This document shows, piece after piece, positions 15,160 through 27,863 of a stretch of 64,000 nt of DNA. The notes under the pieces are model-generated. The model ran no database searches, was not told where the DNA came from, and was given only the letters and a program-made list of their open reading frames with translations. A program made the translations under genes and the position numbers. Numbering within the stretch: the stretch's first letter is position 1; every line of letters starts with the position of its first letter. This DNA comes from Fimicolochytrium jonesii (Eukaryota): contig NW_026515668.1 in assembly GCF_025526975.1 (NCBI RefSeq), positions 496,001 through 560,000 of the forward strand. The letters are read 5' to 3'.

Positions 15160-17527
15160 ATGTCGGTGACAATATCGCACCCGACCATCGTGGCCAAGAC
15201 AGTGACGCTGAAGACGACGCCATCCACACCGCTCAAGCAGCTGGTGGTGGACGCCGTCACAAAGTGGAACCTAGGGAATCCTGATGGCTTTGGGCTCAAG
15301 TAAGTCAATCCATACAAGCGATGGCGACGGAGCTTCAGCTCGCGTGGTGGCCACTCTGACTGACGCTGCTGGCCTTCTTCACTAGGCATGGAAAGAACAT
15401 CCTGGACCTTACGTTGAACATCCGGTTTTCCAACCTTGCTCAGGGTGCAAAGCTTGCTCTGATACCAACGCGAGCTGCCGCAAGTGGACCGGTCACGGTT
15501 GCCTTGCAGACGCCAGAGGGCGGGAGACTTGTAGACAAGTTCCCGGTGGCCACGACATTATGGACCATTCTGACGACCTGGGAAGAGCGCGATGCGTATG
15601 TATACGGATACCTTGCTGCACACTTTGGGATGAGCGCCGGCATTAAATGCTTTCTACTCGGCGGGCTCTGCAGAAATCTGAACATCACGCGAAAGACATC
15701 CGTCGAGGAACGCGGGATGAAGAAAGTGAAGAAGGAGGTGTACCAAATGCCGGTCTGCATTTTCATGAACAAGGAGGTCCGTATTGTCAGTTACAGAATA
15801 CCAAAGTGCAAGAAAAAATTCATCTTAATTTGGCATCCGCCGTTCACAGTACAGTACCATCCAAGCGCTCCAATCCACAACATTACAAAATGCTGGGCTC
15901 ACAACTGGAAATGGAGTCATCCGAGTCTTGTTGAAACCGACGGATATGACGATCGAGGAAGCTCTTCAAACGAACGCTCCCTCCCCTCCGGCGATACCGT
16001 CTTCGACCGTGGACGACAAGAATGCGGCTCCGTCCGCTGTTCAACCGCCGGCTGTTCCGACAAGTGCGCAAGCTGCACCTCCAACACCCCCTTCCCCAAA
16101 AACAACCATAGCTAATGCTGAACACCCTACACCGATGGATATCTCTGATGCGGCTCCTTCATCGATGCCTCCCTCCATCCCTATGGAAATCGATGGAACT
16201 CCGGACATCAAAGCAAATGGGAGTTCTCAACAAGAACAACCGACAACAATAGCCGTCGTTGAGACCCCAGCCGCGGCATCAGAACCCATGGATATCAGCG
16301 ACACTACCGAGTCCCACACCTCGCAAGCCGATGCCGCGCAAGTTGGGACTGATCACGGGCGGAATCACCCTGCGCCAGGACCCGCAAATCAAAATGATAC
16401 GCCCGTCACGCAGAGTTCAGCCGCAGAGCCGTCGAAAGGCTTCGACAGGGGTGTCCAGGTGTTTGCGCCTCCACCTGTCGATGCTCCATATCATCAAGGT
16501 GGGGGTTTTAACGCAATGGGTTTGAAACATCGCATCGGGGGTAGCCCCACCACTTTCTAATATTGATATGTCTCCATCACGTCAACAGTTGAACTCCCAG
16601 ACTCATTCTACGACCTCACGTCGACGGAGCTGAAGCTACTTCTTGCGAGTACCTCTAGCTCTCTCCTCGCCAACGGCAGCTCCTCGTCCAGAGATGCGCC
16701 TCTAATGACCCGGGCGATGCGTGAGCGGGAAGCCGCGTTGAAGCTGAAGAAGCACCCGAAGACATTGATCAGGGTCAAGTTTCCGGACCGGGTCATGGTG
16801 CAATTGAGCTTTCTGAGCAGCGAAGCAGGTAAACTTCTTGGTCTGTAGTCCTGTTTCTGCAACCGGGAGACGAATTCTGATAAACCCCATTCATCTACGG
16901 CGTGTCTCTGTAGTGCAAACGCTGTATACGTGCCTCACACCAATGCTACGGACGCCCACGCCACGCTTCACACTGTACATTACACCTCCATACCAGGAAC
17001 TGGATCCACGGCAGACATTCTGGGAGGCAAAACTAGCCCCAAACTCCATGGTTCATTTCAAATGGGCCGAGGAAGCAGCAAACGAACACAACGCCGATGG
17101 CTCCGCGGAATATCTAAACGAGGAGTGGAAGGGCAAACTGTCGCCGTTACCTGTACCAGAAACTGCGGCCTCTGCAGGCGTCCTGGGCGGAATCGGGGTC
17201 GCAGCCGCAGTATCAGCCGCCGGACTCACTGGCGGCAGTAACGCACGCAACGGACCGACCACCTCTTCATCGTCCACATCCCCGACTTCAAAACGGCCCA
17301 AATGGCTGCCCAAGGCGTTCGGCAACACTCTGAGCGGCAGTAAGAAATCGCCGTCGTCGTCTTCTGAATCTCTGCAGCAGCAGCAGGGGTCGTCGTCTTC
17401 GTTGTCGGAGCAGGATCAGCAGCAGCATGGGTTGTATGGAGACGAACGCGACGGACATGGCTCGTCGTCGGCGCAGAGGAGCCCGCCGCCGACTGGACGA
17501 CCGAAATGGTTCAAGATGGGTAAATAG
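15160..17527 (+). CDS. TUG/ASPSCR1/Ubx4-like UBX-domain Cdc48 cofactor, multi-exon
   Basis: UBL1 segment LDLTLNIRFSNLAQGAKL, ELPDSFYDLT, LMTRAMRERE, IRVKFPDR (UBX) and a PKWFKMGK terminus. Confidence 0.85.
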
Positions 17528-17866
17528 GGAGATAGTTGTAATGAGCGTATTGGGTGTAAATATGTAGATATGGAGCAATCTGGAAAATGATCTTCTCAGG
17601 AGGATATTGGGGTGTCTGATGCGTTCTGGTGTGTCGGCGGAGAGGGGCCCAGAAACCTTCCTGAATGGCTCTGGTAGCCCACCAGCAACCTCATGTATGT
17701 GTAGTAGACGTGAATGTATGCTGCCAACTCGTATATATACACCAGTTTCCCCGAGTCCCAAAAAGTACATAAATGATGCAATGCAGTTCTATCGTGGCAG
17801 ACAATATCTAATTTGGCTTCGAGGGAATCTCCCTCCTGACTCGCACGTCGTTGCAAAAAATCGCAG

Positions 17867-19795
17867 CTACTCCTCCACCCGTCCATTCAACACCCTCCTC
17901 TCCACCTTCGTCCTCCCCACCTCCACCCGCTTCTCCACAACAATGTCCTCACCCTTCCCCCCATTCCGTTCCTCCCACCCCTCCGGTAACGGAATCGTCC
18001 CCTTATGCAGCTGCCACCCGCGGCGAGCGATCTTAACGACGCCGTAGAGAAGGATGGCGGATCCGAGGATGTAGGAGAAGTAGTAGGTGGGTTGGAAGGG
18101 GTTAGTGTAGTTGAGGAGGTCGATGAGGGGGAGCGGCGGGAGGGAGGAGGTGGGGAAGGGGGGGGAGGGTTTGCGGAGTTTTGACATCTGGTTGTCGCGA
18201 GCAGATTGGTTAGGATTGGTAGAGGGTAAGGTAGGAGAGAGCACGTAGGTATACCTTTCTGCTTTCCTCGGCGAGCTCTGGGGCGGGTGTTTGGTCCAGA
18301 CCCTGCTTTTCGTGTAAGTCTCGGAAGCGGTCAAGTGCTTCCACGCTCTCTGAGAGTCTGTGGAGTGTGTTGAAGAGAGCGACCACTTCTCCGCGGGTAA
18401 GGCGGTAAAGCTCGGGCCTGATCGTCGGAAGGATATGTTTAGCCGCAAGATCTGGTGCGAGAGACTCATAAAAATGGATACTTACTTATCCCCATACGAG
18501 AAAAGAACCTTCAAAGCGGTCCCCAGCCCCGAAATCTGCAACTTCCCCCAAAGCCGACACTTCTCACACCCCACACAATCCATGATCAATGAAATATTCC
18601 GAAAATGGGTCTTGAACTGCTCCTTCAAGATCTGGCTATCCGGGCCCACAAACATCGACGTCTCATCAAACGTCGGGCCGCATTTCGCGCTCAAATCGCC
18701 GACCTGTGTCACGAGGTCTTCGATCTTTTGCGTGTCAGCGCCGTTGCCCGTGCAGAAATGGTGCACTTCGTGGTCCCGGAGGAAGGGGGAGAGTTTTTCG
18801 ATGGCGCGGAGGAGGATGGTGTAGGTGAAGTACATGTTTTGGATCCGGTCGGGGTGGTTGCCGACACGGTCGGCGAAGCAGGTTAGGTTGCGCATCCAGA
18901 CGCCGGTGTTGCGGTCTAGGTATTGGTCGCAGATGTGGGTGGAGATGGAGGAGTGCAGGCCTGGTGGAAGAATGAGGTGAGATGGCGGGTCGTTAGTCTC
19001 TCACAAACCTTCAAAGTCTTCACATACCAGAAATCAGCCGATAAAACACCCTCCTCTCAATACAAGTATTCTCCGCATCCTGATCCGCCGGCTCCAAAAG
19101 CGGCGAAATACTGCCCTGATTCGGGTACCCAAAACAATTCTCCTGATAAATCGCCCTCCAGATCCTCTCGGGCGACTCCCCCGAGTAGCCCGTAAACCGC
19201 TCCGGATTCTTAATCAAATCTACATAACTCCCATCCGTCGACCATTCATCCTCCACGACACAGAAATCCGACTCCTCAAACTCGCAGCTCTTCTCCATGA
19301 AATTGAACGGCGACCCCAGCGGGGACCGATCCACAACGGATAAGCTAGCGGTTTTCCAATGCTCCGGTATCTCCGAGTCCTCGGCTTCGATGACGGAACA
19401 GTCGCGGAGCACGCAGAGCGGGTTTTCTTGCCAGAAGGGGCAGTCTTTGTGAAGGGCGGTTTTCCAGTAGCGGAAGAAGGAGGTTTGGACGAGGGATGTG
19501 AGGATGGGGGAGAGTTCGCGGTTGACTTTTTCGATGGTTTGGTATTCGCACCGGGCGTCGGCTATTGGGCCTAGTGGCTGTTTGCGTAAAAGTCAGTATC
19601 CTGCCAGGGATTTGGATGCATCATATAGGCCCGCATGGAACTCACCGAGCAGTAGGCCTCTTTCGCGGGCGAAGAAGAGTCAGCGTCTTTCGCATATGCC
19701 GTTTGCACGAGCAGTAACACCAGTGCTAGTATGGCGACCGTTTGAGCCAGCAGTGGTAATCGCCGTGTCCATGACCGGCGGCGTTGGATGACCAT
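17867..19795 (-). CDS. ERO1: ER oxidoreductin 1, multi-exon
   Basis: YVDLIKNPERFTGYSG, IWRAIYQENCF, FRNISLIMDCVGCEKCRLWGKLQ. Signal peptide present. Confidence 0.95.
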
Positions 19796-20886
19796 GACGG
19801 TGATCGACAAGTAGAAACTGGACGCGAATGAGCTTGTTTTGCGGGTAGCTTTGTTTTCGAGGCTGGGTTAAATGTTCCACTGTGGCAAGGGGATAGATAG
19901 AGTCTACTGTCTATTGTCTACCTGATGTCGGGGTTTGTACATGAAGCGAAGCTCATAGAATGAGCAGAATGGCGGAGTGGGCTTACAGTCGCGAGGTCCA
20001 GCCACGTTGAGACGTTGCAGCCTCGTGCCGCGTCATGAGTCAGGACGCGTATACACTACGGGCCAAAGTAACAATGCATATTCGTAAATAATCCGAAATG
20101 AATTAAAAAACCAAATGATGATAATGCGCGTCGCATACTTGCGTGAATATGCATGAATAAACGATGATAATGCATTGATTAAACGAAAGTAATGGACCGT
20201 CCCAACCCACGTCCCACACCCACTAATCAGGGACATCTGACAAATATTCATCGTTAATCATGCATAATTATGCATTGGAAGCGAAGTTTATTCTAGCATA
20301 ATCCATAATAATGTATGGTGCATAAACGAAGATTGAAGAAAACGGCAACAGAAAAAAGGCAATACGCATACCCCAAGCAGCCACGTTCAATCCAGATCCA
20401 TGTCCATGTCCGTGATCAGACGACAACGCTGCTATCCACGAGGAAGCAATGCACATGCGATCAGGGCGGGTAGTCCAGAAATGTAGGGCTGACAAGTATG
20501 ACAAAAAGCTTGTGCAAAGAGAAAGCGGCCATACAGATGAATTGAGGAGTGAAAGTGAATTGAATTTGAAGGTTGTTGTGATGCTGGGAAATGGTCTGCG
20601 CTCGCCTGTTTCACAAATCGTTGAATTTGTACGTTATATATATATGGGAGGAAAAGAAATGGTCCGTTTGTGCATCCACTTACCAATCCACACAACCTCA
20701 TCGACATTCAAAGTCCTCGTCTGGCCATAGATCAACCGTTGTCCTAGGCTCGACGGTGAACGGTTCCCATATGCGCTTCATTTCCCCGCCAACGTTACCA
20801 CCTGGGAAGGGAAACAGAGACTCGAGATCCCCCAAGATACGATGGCGACAGCCGATCGCAGCATCCTTTCCAACCATAGCTGCCAC

Positions 20887-23330
20887 CTAGTAAGGTGCTG
20901 CCACGTGTGTGGCGTAGATGTACCCCTCCAACGTGTCGACGTTTTTGAGAAGCGTCTGCAATCGCCGCTTGTTGTATTTACGAGACTTGTCCTGCAGACT
21001 CTGCGTCAATGACAACTTGATTTCCTCAGGCGGACGAGGCTGGAAGACTGCAGCGGTTATCATGTACTGAATCATGCTGTTCGAAGGGGACATCTTCGCG
21101 CATGCCAAACAGTTAGGGCAGGTGTCAGGAGTTGTCAGAATCACATACTTGAGTTGCCTAACCTTTGCATCCTGCCCGATATAGTTGACACTGTAGGCCG
21201 CTTCAAGTAGGTCCCTGGGGATACTTTCCATCCACGATGGTTCTGCGTTCTCCAACCACTCCATGGTTGGTGCGTTGTCCCAACCCTGTCCAGTAGGTGA
21301 CAAAAGATTGGCGCCACCGGCCAGTAGGATGAAACGCACGGCCAGACCGTATAGGTCCCAGAGAATGTTGTCGCAGTCCTTAGCGTTTACCCAAATGTGC
21401 CGTAGACAGCAAACAGTACGACCCTCAGGCTTGCTTGGGTTCAAAGGCCCCTCCAATCCTAAGTAACCAAGAAAACTCGATTGGGTTAGATCACCCCGCA
21501 TGTACTCAAACTGACCACGATCGACCTTACCGGGCATGTTCCTGGTTTTCATCGCCTCAAAAAATGCCAATGCTACGGCTGAGTCTCTTTCCTCCGCAAG
21601 TACAGCCTGCGCAATCAACGCCACGGCGCCTCGGATGGTTGTAATAGTACCAGCATTCTTGTCTCGGGTGTGTGCGACAAACACCGAGTCCTTCAACCCA
21701 GAGCATACATGAAAGAATGCCATTGTGGTAACCGGGAACGCTGCATGGCGCCAATTGGAGCTGGGGTGTCGCTTGTATGTGATACCTCCGTTCTCTTCGT
21801 CTCTGAATTCCATGCCAATGAGCTTGACAGCGGCAGCAACTGCAATCGGCCATTGCGATGGCTTGCTAGCGTGTGTAACGGCGTATTAAACAACGGATTC
21901 CCTCTCGTCATACTTCGGGATCAGGGTTTTGTCGAGGGTAAGACGGGCTGCCTTCATGACATCATCTGAAAGGTCCATGTCAGGCACCGATGTTACCCTG
22001 ACACTTGAAGGACAGCTCCCTTTCTTCCGTACGTTGTCTTTCAGTTTCTTCGCTTGTACTTTCTCCTGGCTGACGTGGTCCATCATCTGACGCAGAAGAA
22101 CCGACGTGGGGCTTTCATCCTCCTTGCAGTCTACCGGGGCAGACTGGCGGTGGTTTCCCGTTTCGACAGATTGTTCCTGAGCGTCGTAGGCCTGCCCGGA
22201 TTCGAGCAAGTCGTAGTTACTGAATGGTATGTCCAGCGTAATCTGCGGGTGGAAATGGGGAGGGCTTGTATCAGATTGGTGCGATGTATGCGCAATCGCA
22301 CCATTTGGATGCATTCTGTCCAGCTGAGGAGACATATCAGGTGATACGACCGGGGTGTCAGGCAGAGCCGACATCGCAACGTCGAAGAGATCACAGGGCG
22401 GCATGTCATTGTACGTCCGATTATCGTGGTAGTCCTGCATGCCATTCTCAGTTACGATGGCGTTGGTGGCCATCGTAGGTGAACGTACGGCAGGTGAAGG
22501 ACGATGCAGGTCCATCCCCAAGTCCGCCCAGTCAGAGGGCCGTGTGCGTTTCTGACCTGCAACAGGGGTAGAAGACAGGGATCGGCTTTCGACCTGTTTG
22601 TGCCGGGTGTTCGTAATCCTGTTCTTCGTCACAGTGAGCGTCATTGAGATCGTCTCCCTCACATCGAAGGCAAGAACCTCTTTGTTGTCCTGTGACTAAG
22701 CCGCAAGAGCCGCTCCACCTTCTTGAACCAACCCTCGGTACCAGTTGGGTCTACGAGAAACCCAAGTAGTTTTCTAGCACCTGCTGGGCCTGCGTGGTAT
22801 TCTTCGAACGTTGCAGGCAAGATGCTATAGAGCTCAGGAATGCTGTATTTCAAAAATTCTGTGACTAAAAGTCGAAGCTTTTTTTCTCGAGAATCGCCGA
22901 ATGGGGTCTTTGGAGCCAAAACGACCGCAGGGGCGTTCATATTTTCTGCATACCCCGGTCCCGGATGGTTCGCATGTCTGTTTGAGAACTCTTCCTGGAC
23001 AAGTGACAGGATTTTTCCCACGGTGCGCTCTTCGCTATCGCGTAATAGCCCGTCCACTTCGTGCAATAGACGAGTCTGCTGGGCGTCGAGAAGGCTACCA
23101 ATGTCGTTCGTCGTGAGCTGCGGTCCTTGGCCACCGCTCCATCCGTTACCAGGTGAGCCCCTTGGAGCGCCTTGGCTACCCGGACTTCCTGCACCGTAAC
23201 CAGCCGAAACTCTACTGCCAGTGCCGCTGCTTGAAGGTGACGTACCCAATGCACCGAAGGCTGGGCGAGGCTGTGAGGAGAGCTGATTGCTGAATGGAGG
23301 AACGAACGGTCGCATGGCTGAATTTCTCAT
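20887..23330 (-). CDS. CACTA accessory/cargo gene(s) of unknown function (ORFs 22659-23330, 21886-22662, 20887-21813; probably one spliced or frameshifted gene)
   Basis: Three abutting same-strand ORFs downstream of the transposase, inside the TIRs. A GTGAGG..AACAG intron candidate lies at the first junction. CPNCLAC motif near the end. Confidence 0.5.
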
Positions 23331-23692
23331 CCGAGTGGGTATCGACGACAGGGAAAAAGTTTGCTGGACAACAGGAGGGAAGTTGCTGAGCGTGGGAAAA
23401 CGAGATCTGCTGAGCGGGGGGCAATTGAGGGCACCTGTTGCTTACGTAAAGCACTAATTACGCGTCAAACTCCGCAAATTCGTCATGAATGAGAGCATTG
23501 AACCGGCCTTTGTACCTGATCAGTTTTACTCGGCTTTCTACGTAATGACGTTCAAGTAAGTTGCAATTGCGCATTGATCAGACCTATGAATGGTACGGGG
23601 TAAAACAATCGACAATATGTGTACGTGAAGCGCAAGGCACTCCTAGTGTCGCCCTACTAAGTTACCACCCTTAACAATCTCCCATGCAGGTG

Positions 23693-25826
23693 TTACGTCG
23701 AGGGGACTGTGGGAGCAGTGACGAAGGAATGGAGACGATCGTCGTTGTCGTACTCCGAGACTGCCAGAATCGTGCCTGTTCCCAGCGTCGACGCCTGTAA
23801 CCATGTGAGGAACTTCGCATCGGGGAAGAACACTGAGTAACAGTGACTGAGGTTTGCCTCAGCGCTAAGCTGCTCGTACAGGCGTGGATGTCGTTCGAAA
23901 GCCAGCAATCACACCCCTCGCACGTTCACCACCAGCAATCGTTCGCTGTCGTCGAAGCGCGACAGCTCTGCCCTACCCACCAGTTCGCCAAATGCAACGC
24001 GCTCCAGATCCAGGTTCGCGGCGTTGGGATCATCCATTGCCAGGATCGGCAAAAGCGTAACGGCATCTTGCACGACCGGAGGGAGCTTTTGAACAATGAA
24101 CATGGTGCGATCACGGAGCTTTTTTCCAAGCCGTGGATACCCCTGCAAGGCGAGATGCAAGACTCCAAATTCCAAGTTTGCGTAGTGTAAGTCCACATGG
24201 TCCGTATTGATTGGCAAGAACACAACACAGTCTCCTTTGACGTAATCAACAAAGTTATGACGGAACGCCTTCAATACATCGGCTGGTAAGTCCTCTCCTT
24301 CCCAATCATTTTCGGGGGCCCACTGCGCGCATATTTCTCTGTATTCCGTGAACTTGGCAGCTGACATCCCTTGCTTCTTAGACCAATCGCTGCGTGTGGG
24401 CAGGCCGGCGCTGTGGTCCGTGAGGACCTCAGCAAGTCGCTCCATCTAGAAGCTGCGGAGAGCAGATACTCCAAGTGATTTATGATTGGTGTTTATGGTA
24501 CGGCCCATGGCGAAGCGTGATATCAGCGATTCGAAGCCGAACGTGCTAAACTCTTGGGCGCATCCAAATCTGGCGATCTGTTCCTGAAAGTGATTTACGT
24601 AATGTGTGTTGATGGAATGGTATTCATCGCCGTAGAGACTTAACGCCAGCTTGTTACTCTCGAGGAAGATACCTCTCATTGTACGCATTAACCCGACAGG
24701 TATCGCATGCCGCCACGACAGTTCAATCCGCGCCCGGTGTGCGAGCCGGATACCCAGTGGGGCAACAATTCGGCGTCGCGTTGCACAAACTCGCGCAAAA
24801 CACCGAAGCTGCGCAAGACAAACGCTAGCTTGTTTTTGTGGGTCTGTCCGAACATCCAATGATTCATTGTTTTGATTTGGGGCTGCTTTATGCCATTGCG
24901 TTCACAAAACGCCCGATATTTCCTGTTGAGCGTGCTCCAGAACGTCGGACCATGAGATTCCATCAGCACCGCAGCGAATTGCTTCCACTCCTTTTCCACT
25001 TCTCCTTCGCCCTCGGAGTGTTGCATGTCAATGGCCGCTAGACATGTTGGTTTTAGTCCTGGCCACAACCAACAATAACTAGGGAACGTTATGCCATACT
25101 GCTCAGCGTTTTGCAAGGCGGGATGGTCGCCGTGACCCACGTCCATCCACGCAGCACAAAGCTCCTCCACCACATTGACGGTCGTAGCAGTGTTGCTCCG
25201 GGATTGTGCGCACTGACATCTCTCCGCGTGTAGTTGATGGTCGTTAATGGCCATGATTAAGTGGTCACGCATGATCATACATACATGGCACGGCCGCCGC
25301 GTGAGATCACTGGACTGTTTGAATCCTAAGAACGATGTCCGACCGGGACCGTCCCCTACAACGGCAAATGGTACGACAATGCAGGGTTTGGTCTCATTTG
25401 TGAAAGCATTGAAGACCCAGATCCCTTTCGTGAGGTGGTGTAGTTCATTGGCCAGTATACGTGCACAAAAATCAGTTCCAAGCGAATCTTTCTGACCCAT
25501 ATCCATAAGCGACAGAGGCGCCATTGCATGGCTTGTCTTCACGTTCCGGAATCCGTGTTGAAGTTCTGCACATGGTACCGCAAGGATGGTCAGATTGTTT
25601 ATGCGATTTCGGTACAGTTTAAACGCGTCGACGAACACAACCAAGTGAACGAAACGCACGCGCCGATGGCGATTCTGCTGGTAGAATGCACCCCAGCTGT
25701 TGGCAGTGGCTTTCATACTGGTTGCCCATTGGAACCCTGTCCACGCGCCTCCTTTGTGCGTTATCCCGAGCTCGTCGTTGTACCTATCAATGATATCCTG
25801 TGTTGATAGGTTCAGAAATCACTCTC
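23693..25826 (-). pseudogene. CACTA transposase (TnpD/Tnp2-type), 3' part, with stops and frameshifts
   Basis: VVFVDAF, AVVGDGPGRTSFLGFK..RPCHVC, AIDMQHSEGEG and INTHYVNHFQEQIARFG..STFGFES, spread over ORFs 24688-25716, 24446-24859, 23909-24445 and 23693-23908. Confidence 0.82.
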
Positions 25827-26061
25827 TGTTGGAGGTATCATCCTCCCGAGTCCCCAGTTAGGGTTCCCGTAGTTTATTTCCTCACGTGACTCCCCTCTTG
25901 CTTACGCCACGCTTCCGCGTACGGGACTTCACTCTTTTCTTCCCCTTCGGACCTCGCGTCCTCTTCACACGTTAGACTTCAATACATACTTCACAGTACA
26001 GCATTGCTTACTACATAGAGTTTGCTCAGTCATCTGCTTCCTCTGCCAACTACTGCTAAGT
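25827..26061 (+). repeat. 5' LTR
   Basis: TGTTGGAGG...CTAAGT; 11 substitutions versus the 3' copy by manual comparison (~95% identity). Confidence 0.95.
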
Positions 26062-26150
26062 GGTTATGAGTCCTGGCTTCGCCCGCAACTAGCGGACGTT
26101 CCAGGATAAAGAACTCACAGTCTCCAGTCACCGCTCTCTTAGAAAGCACC

Positions 26151-27863
26151 ATGCCACCTAAGGATTCAACAACCCAACCTCAGAAGGGCTACGCAGCTGC
26201 AGTGACAGCCGGCAAGCCCTCCGCTCACCACACGCGGTCCCAAGGAGGAGCTCTCCTGGGTCCCCTGCCTGCGGCTACTAGAGGAGGAGGAAAGAAAGTT
26301 CAACAACCCCCTGTTAAGAGTTCTGAATCTATTAATCAGCGCTCTGGCATTGACTCACGTACTCCGCTTAATCAAGGCGTAGCCTGTCATGCCGACTTAC
26401 GCAGTGAACCAACACCTACCCCGCCTTACAAAATGCCTGGTGGACTTGTGGATGAGAAGAAGAGGAAAGAGGAGCTTTCTGCTACTATTGCAGAATGGAA
26501 AGACGTAACCACGCCATATGTGGATGCGCCTGAATCACGCGGACATACCGGAACCGACCCCTTCCTGATGGATTCCATTCAGGAAGAACCTATGCCTGTT
26601 AAGCAGGAAGAGGAGATGCTTCAAATGAAGGATCAAATAGCCACTCTGACTGGATTGGTTACCTGGTTCTTGAATTCGGGCCGAGCGCCACAACAAGGCG
26701 GACCTACCGTCCCCTCCGTGAACCCGCTCGCTCAGTCGCCTGTGAATAGCACTCGCTCTCAGTACTCAACTAGCCCTATCCAGGGGAACGTGCCATACAT
26801 GACCTCTGTGGCGCCGGCACCCCATGCGCCCCCTCAGCGCGCTATGGCCTACTCCGTCCCATACGCTTATAAAGCCCCGGAACGGCATCCTTACTTTCAA
26901 CCTCGTTCTCAAAGACCTCCTTTCGCTCAAATTCCACACGAAAGTGCATCTGTGAGATCTGTTACTCCCGTAACACCCCCTACGGCCGGCAAATCAGCTT
27001 CCAAAGTCTTCATCAACACTACCCTTAGTAAACTCGGCACCTACAACGGCGACCCCAATGTTACCAAGCTTCAAGGGTTCCTTGATCACATCGAGGTGAT
27101 TATGAAGTACGAGATGATTTCGCCTTCCGAATGCGTAGACTTCGTTGTCAACGCGCTCACTGGACCAGCTCTCCAGTGGTGGAAAAGCCTTCCTGAAAAC
27201 GAGCGCTTCTCCATAATTTCCTGGCACGATATTCAAGACGTCTATGGACTGCCCCCGCCACTCGGATTACGCTCCGCGATGTTGAGGCGCTTCATTCCCC
27301 GGACTCATCTGCCGCAAATTCTTCACAGACTGCGCGCTCTGAAGCCCAAGTCAATTAACCATCAAGGTTTAACCAAATTCGTCGCCCAGTTCAACCTTTT
27401 GGTTGGACAACTCCCCGGGCTCCCGGAATACGTGCTCTGTGCCGATTTTCTTCAAGCGCTTCCTAAGAATCTTAGTACCCTGATCACTGCTCAGGCTCAG
27501 TACGACGATAGACTTAGTCCTTCTCAAGAAGCCGCGATTCGTATAGCCGCCCAGCTCAACGAGAAGACCCCAAGTACGCCTCAGTCGGGCGCATCCGCTG
27601 CCCACGTTACTTCCACTCTTCCTCAGAAGAAGAAGAACAAATCCAAGACTGGCGGCTCCAGAGGCTCCTCCTCTACCCAATCCTCGTCTTCTGACGCAAC
27701 CAAGAAACCTCCCCAGTGCAAATACTGCCAGAGGGACGGCCACAAGTCGGAAAACTGCTTTACTTACAAAGCTGTCAAGGATATCATGGACAAGAACATG
27801 AAAACCAAGCAGGACGCACCCGCTGCAGCCTCCATGGCTTATGCCATGCACGTTCAAGTCTAA
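26151..27863 (+). CDS. Copia gag
   Basis: ALTGPALQWW capsid-like motif and CKYCQRDGHKSENC (CX2CX4HX4C) zinc knuckle. In frame with pol beyond a TAA. Confidence 0.88.
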   Translation: MPPKDSTTQPQKGYAAAVTAGKPSAHHTRSQGGALLGPLPAATRGGGKKVQQPPVKSSESINQRSGIDSRTPLNQGVACHADLRSEPTPTPPYKMPGGLVDEKKRKEELSATIAEWKDVTTPYVDAPESRGHTGTDPFLMDSIQEEPMPVKQEEEMLQMKDQIATLTGLVTWFLNSGRAPQQGGPTVPSVNPLAQSPVNSTRSQYSTSPIQGNVPYMTSVAPAPHAPPQRAMAYSVPYAYKAPERHPYFQPRSQRPPFAQIPHESASVRSVTPVTPPTAGKSASKVFINTTLSKLGTYNGDPNVTKLQGFLDHIEVIMKYEMISPSECVDFVVNALTGPALQWWKSLPENERFSIISWHDIQDVYGLPPPLGLRSAMLRRFIPRTHLPQILHRLRALKPKSINHQGLTKFVAQFNLLVGQLPGLPEYVLCADFLQALPKNLSTLITAQAQYDDRLSPSQEAAIRIAAQLNEKTPSTPQSGASAAHVTSTLPQKKKNKSKTGGSRGSSSTQSSSSDATKKPPQCKYCQRDGHKSENCFTYKAVKDIMDKNMKTKQDAPAAASMAYAMHVQV

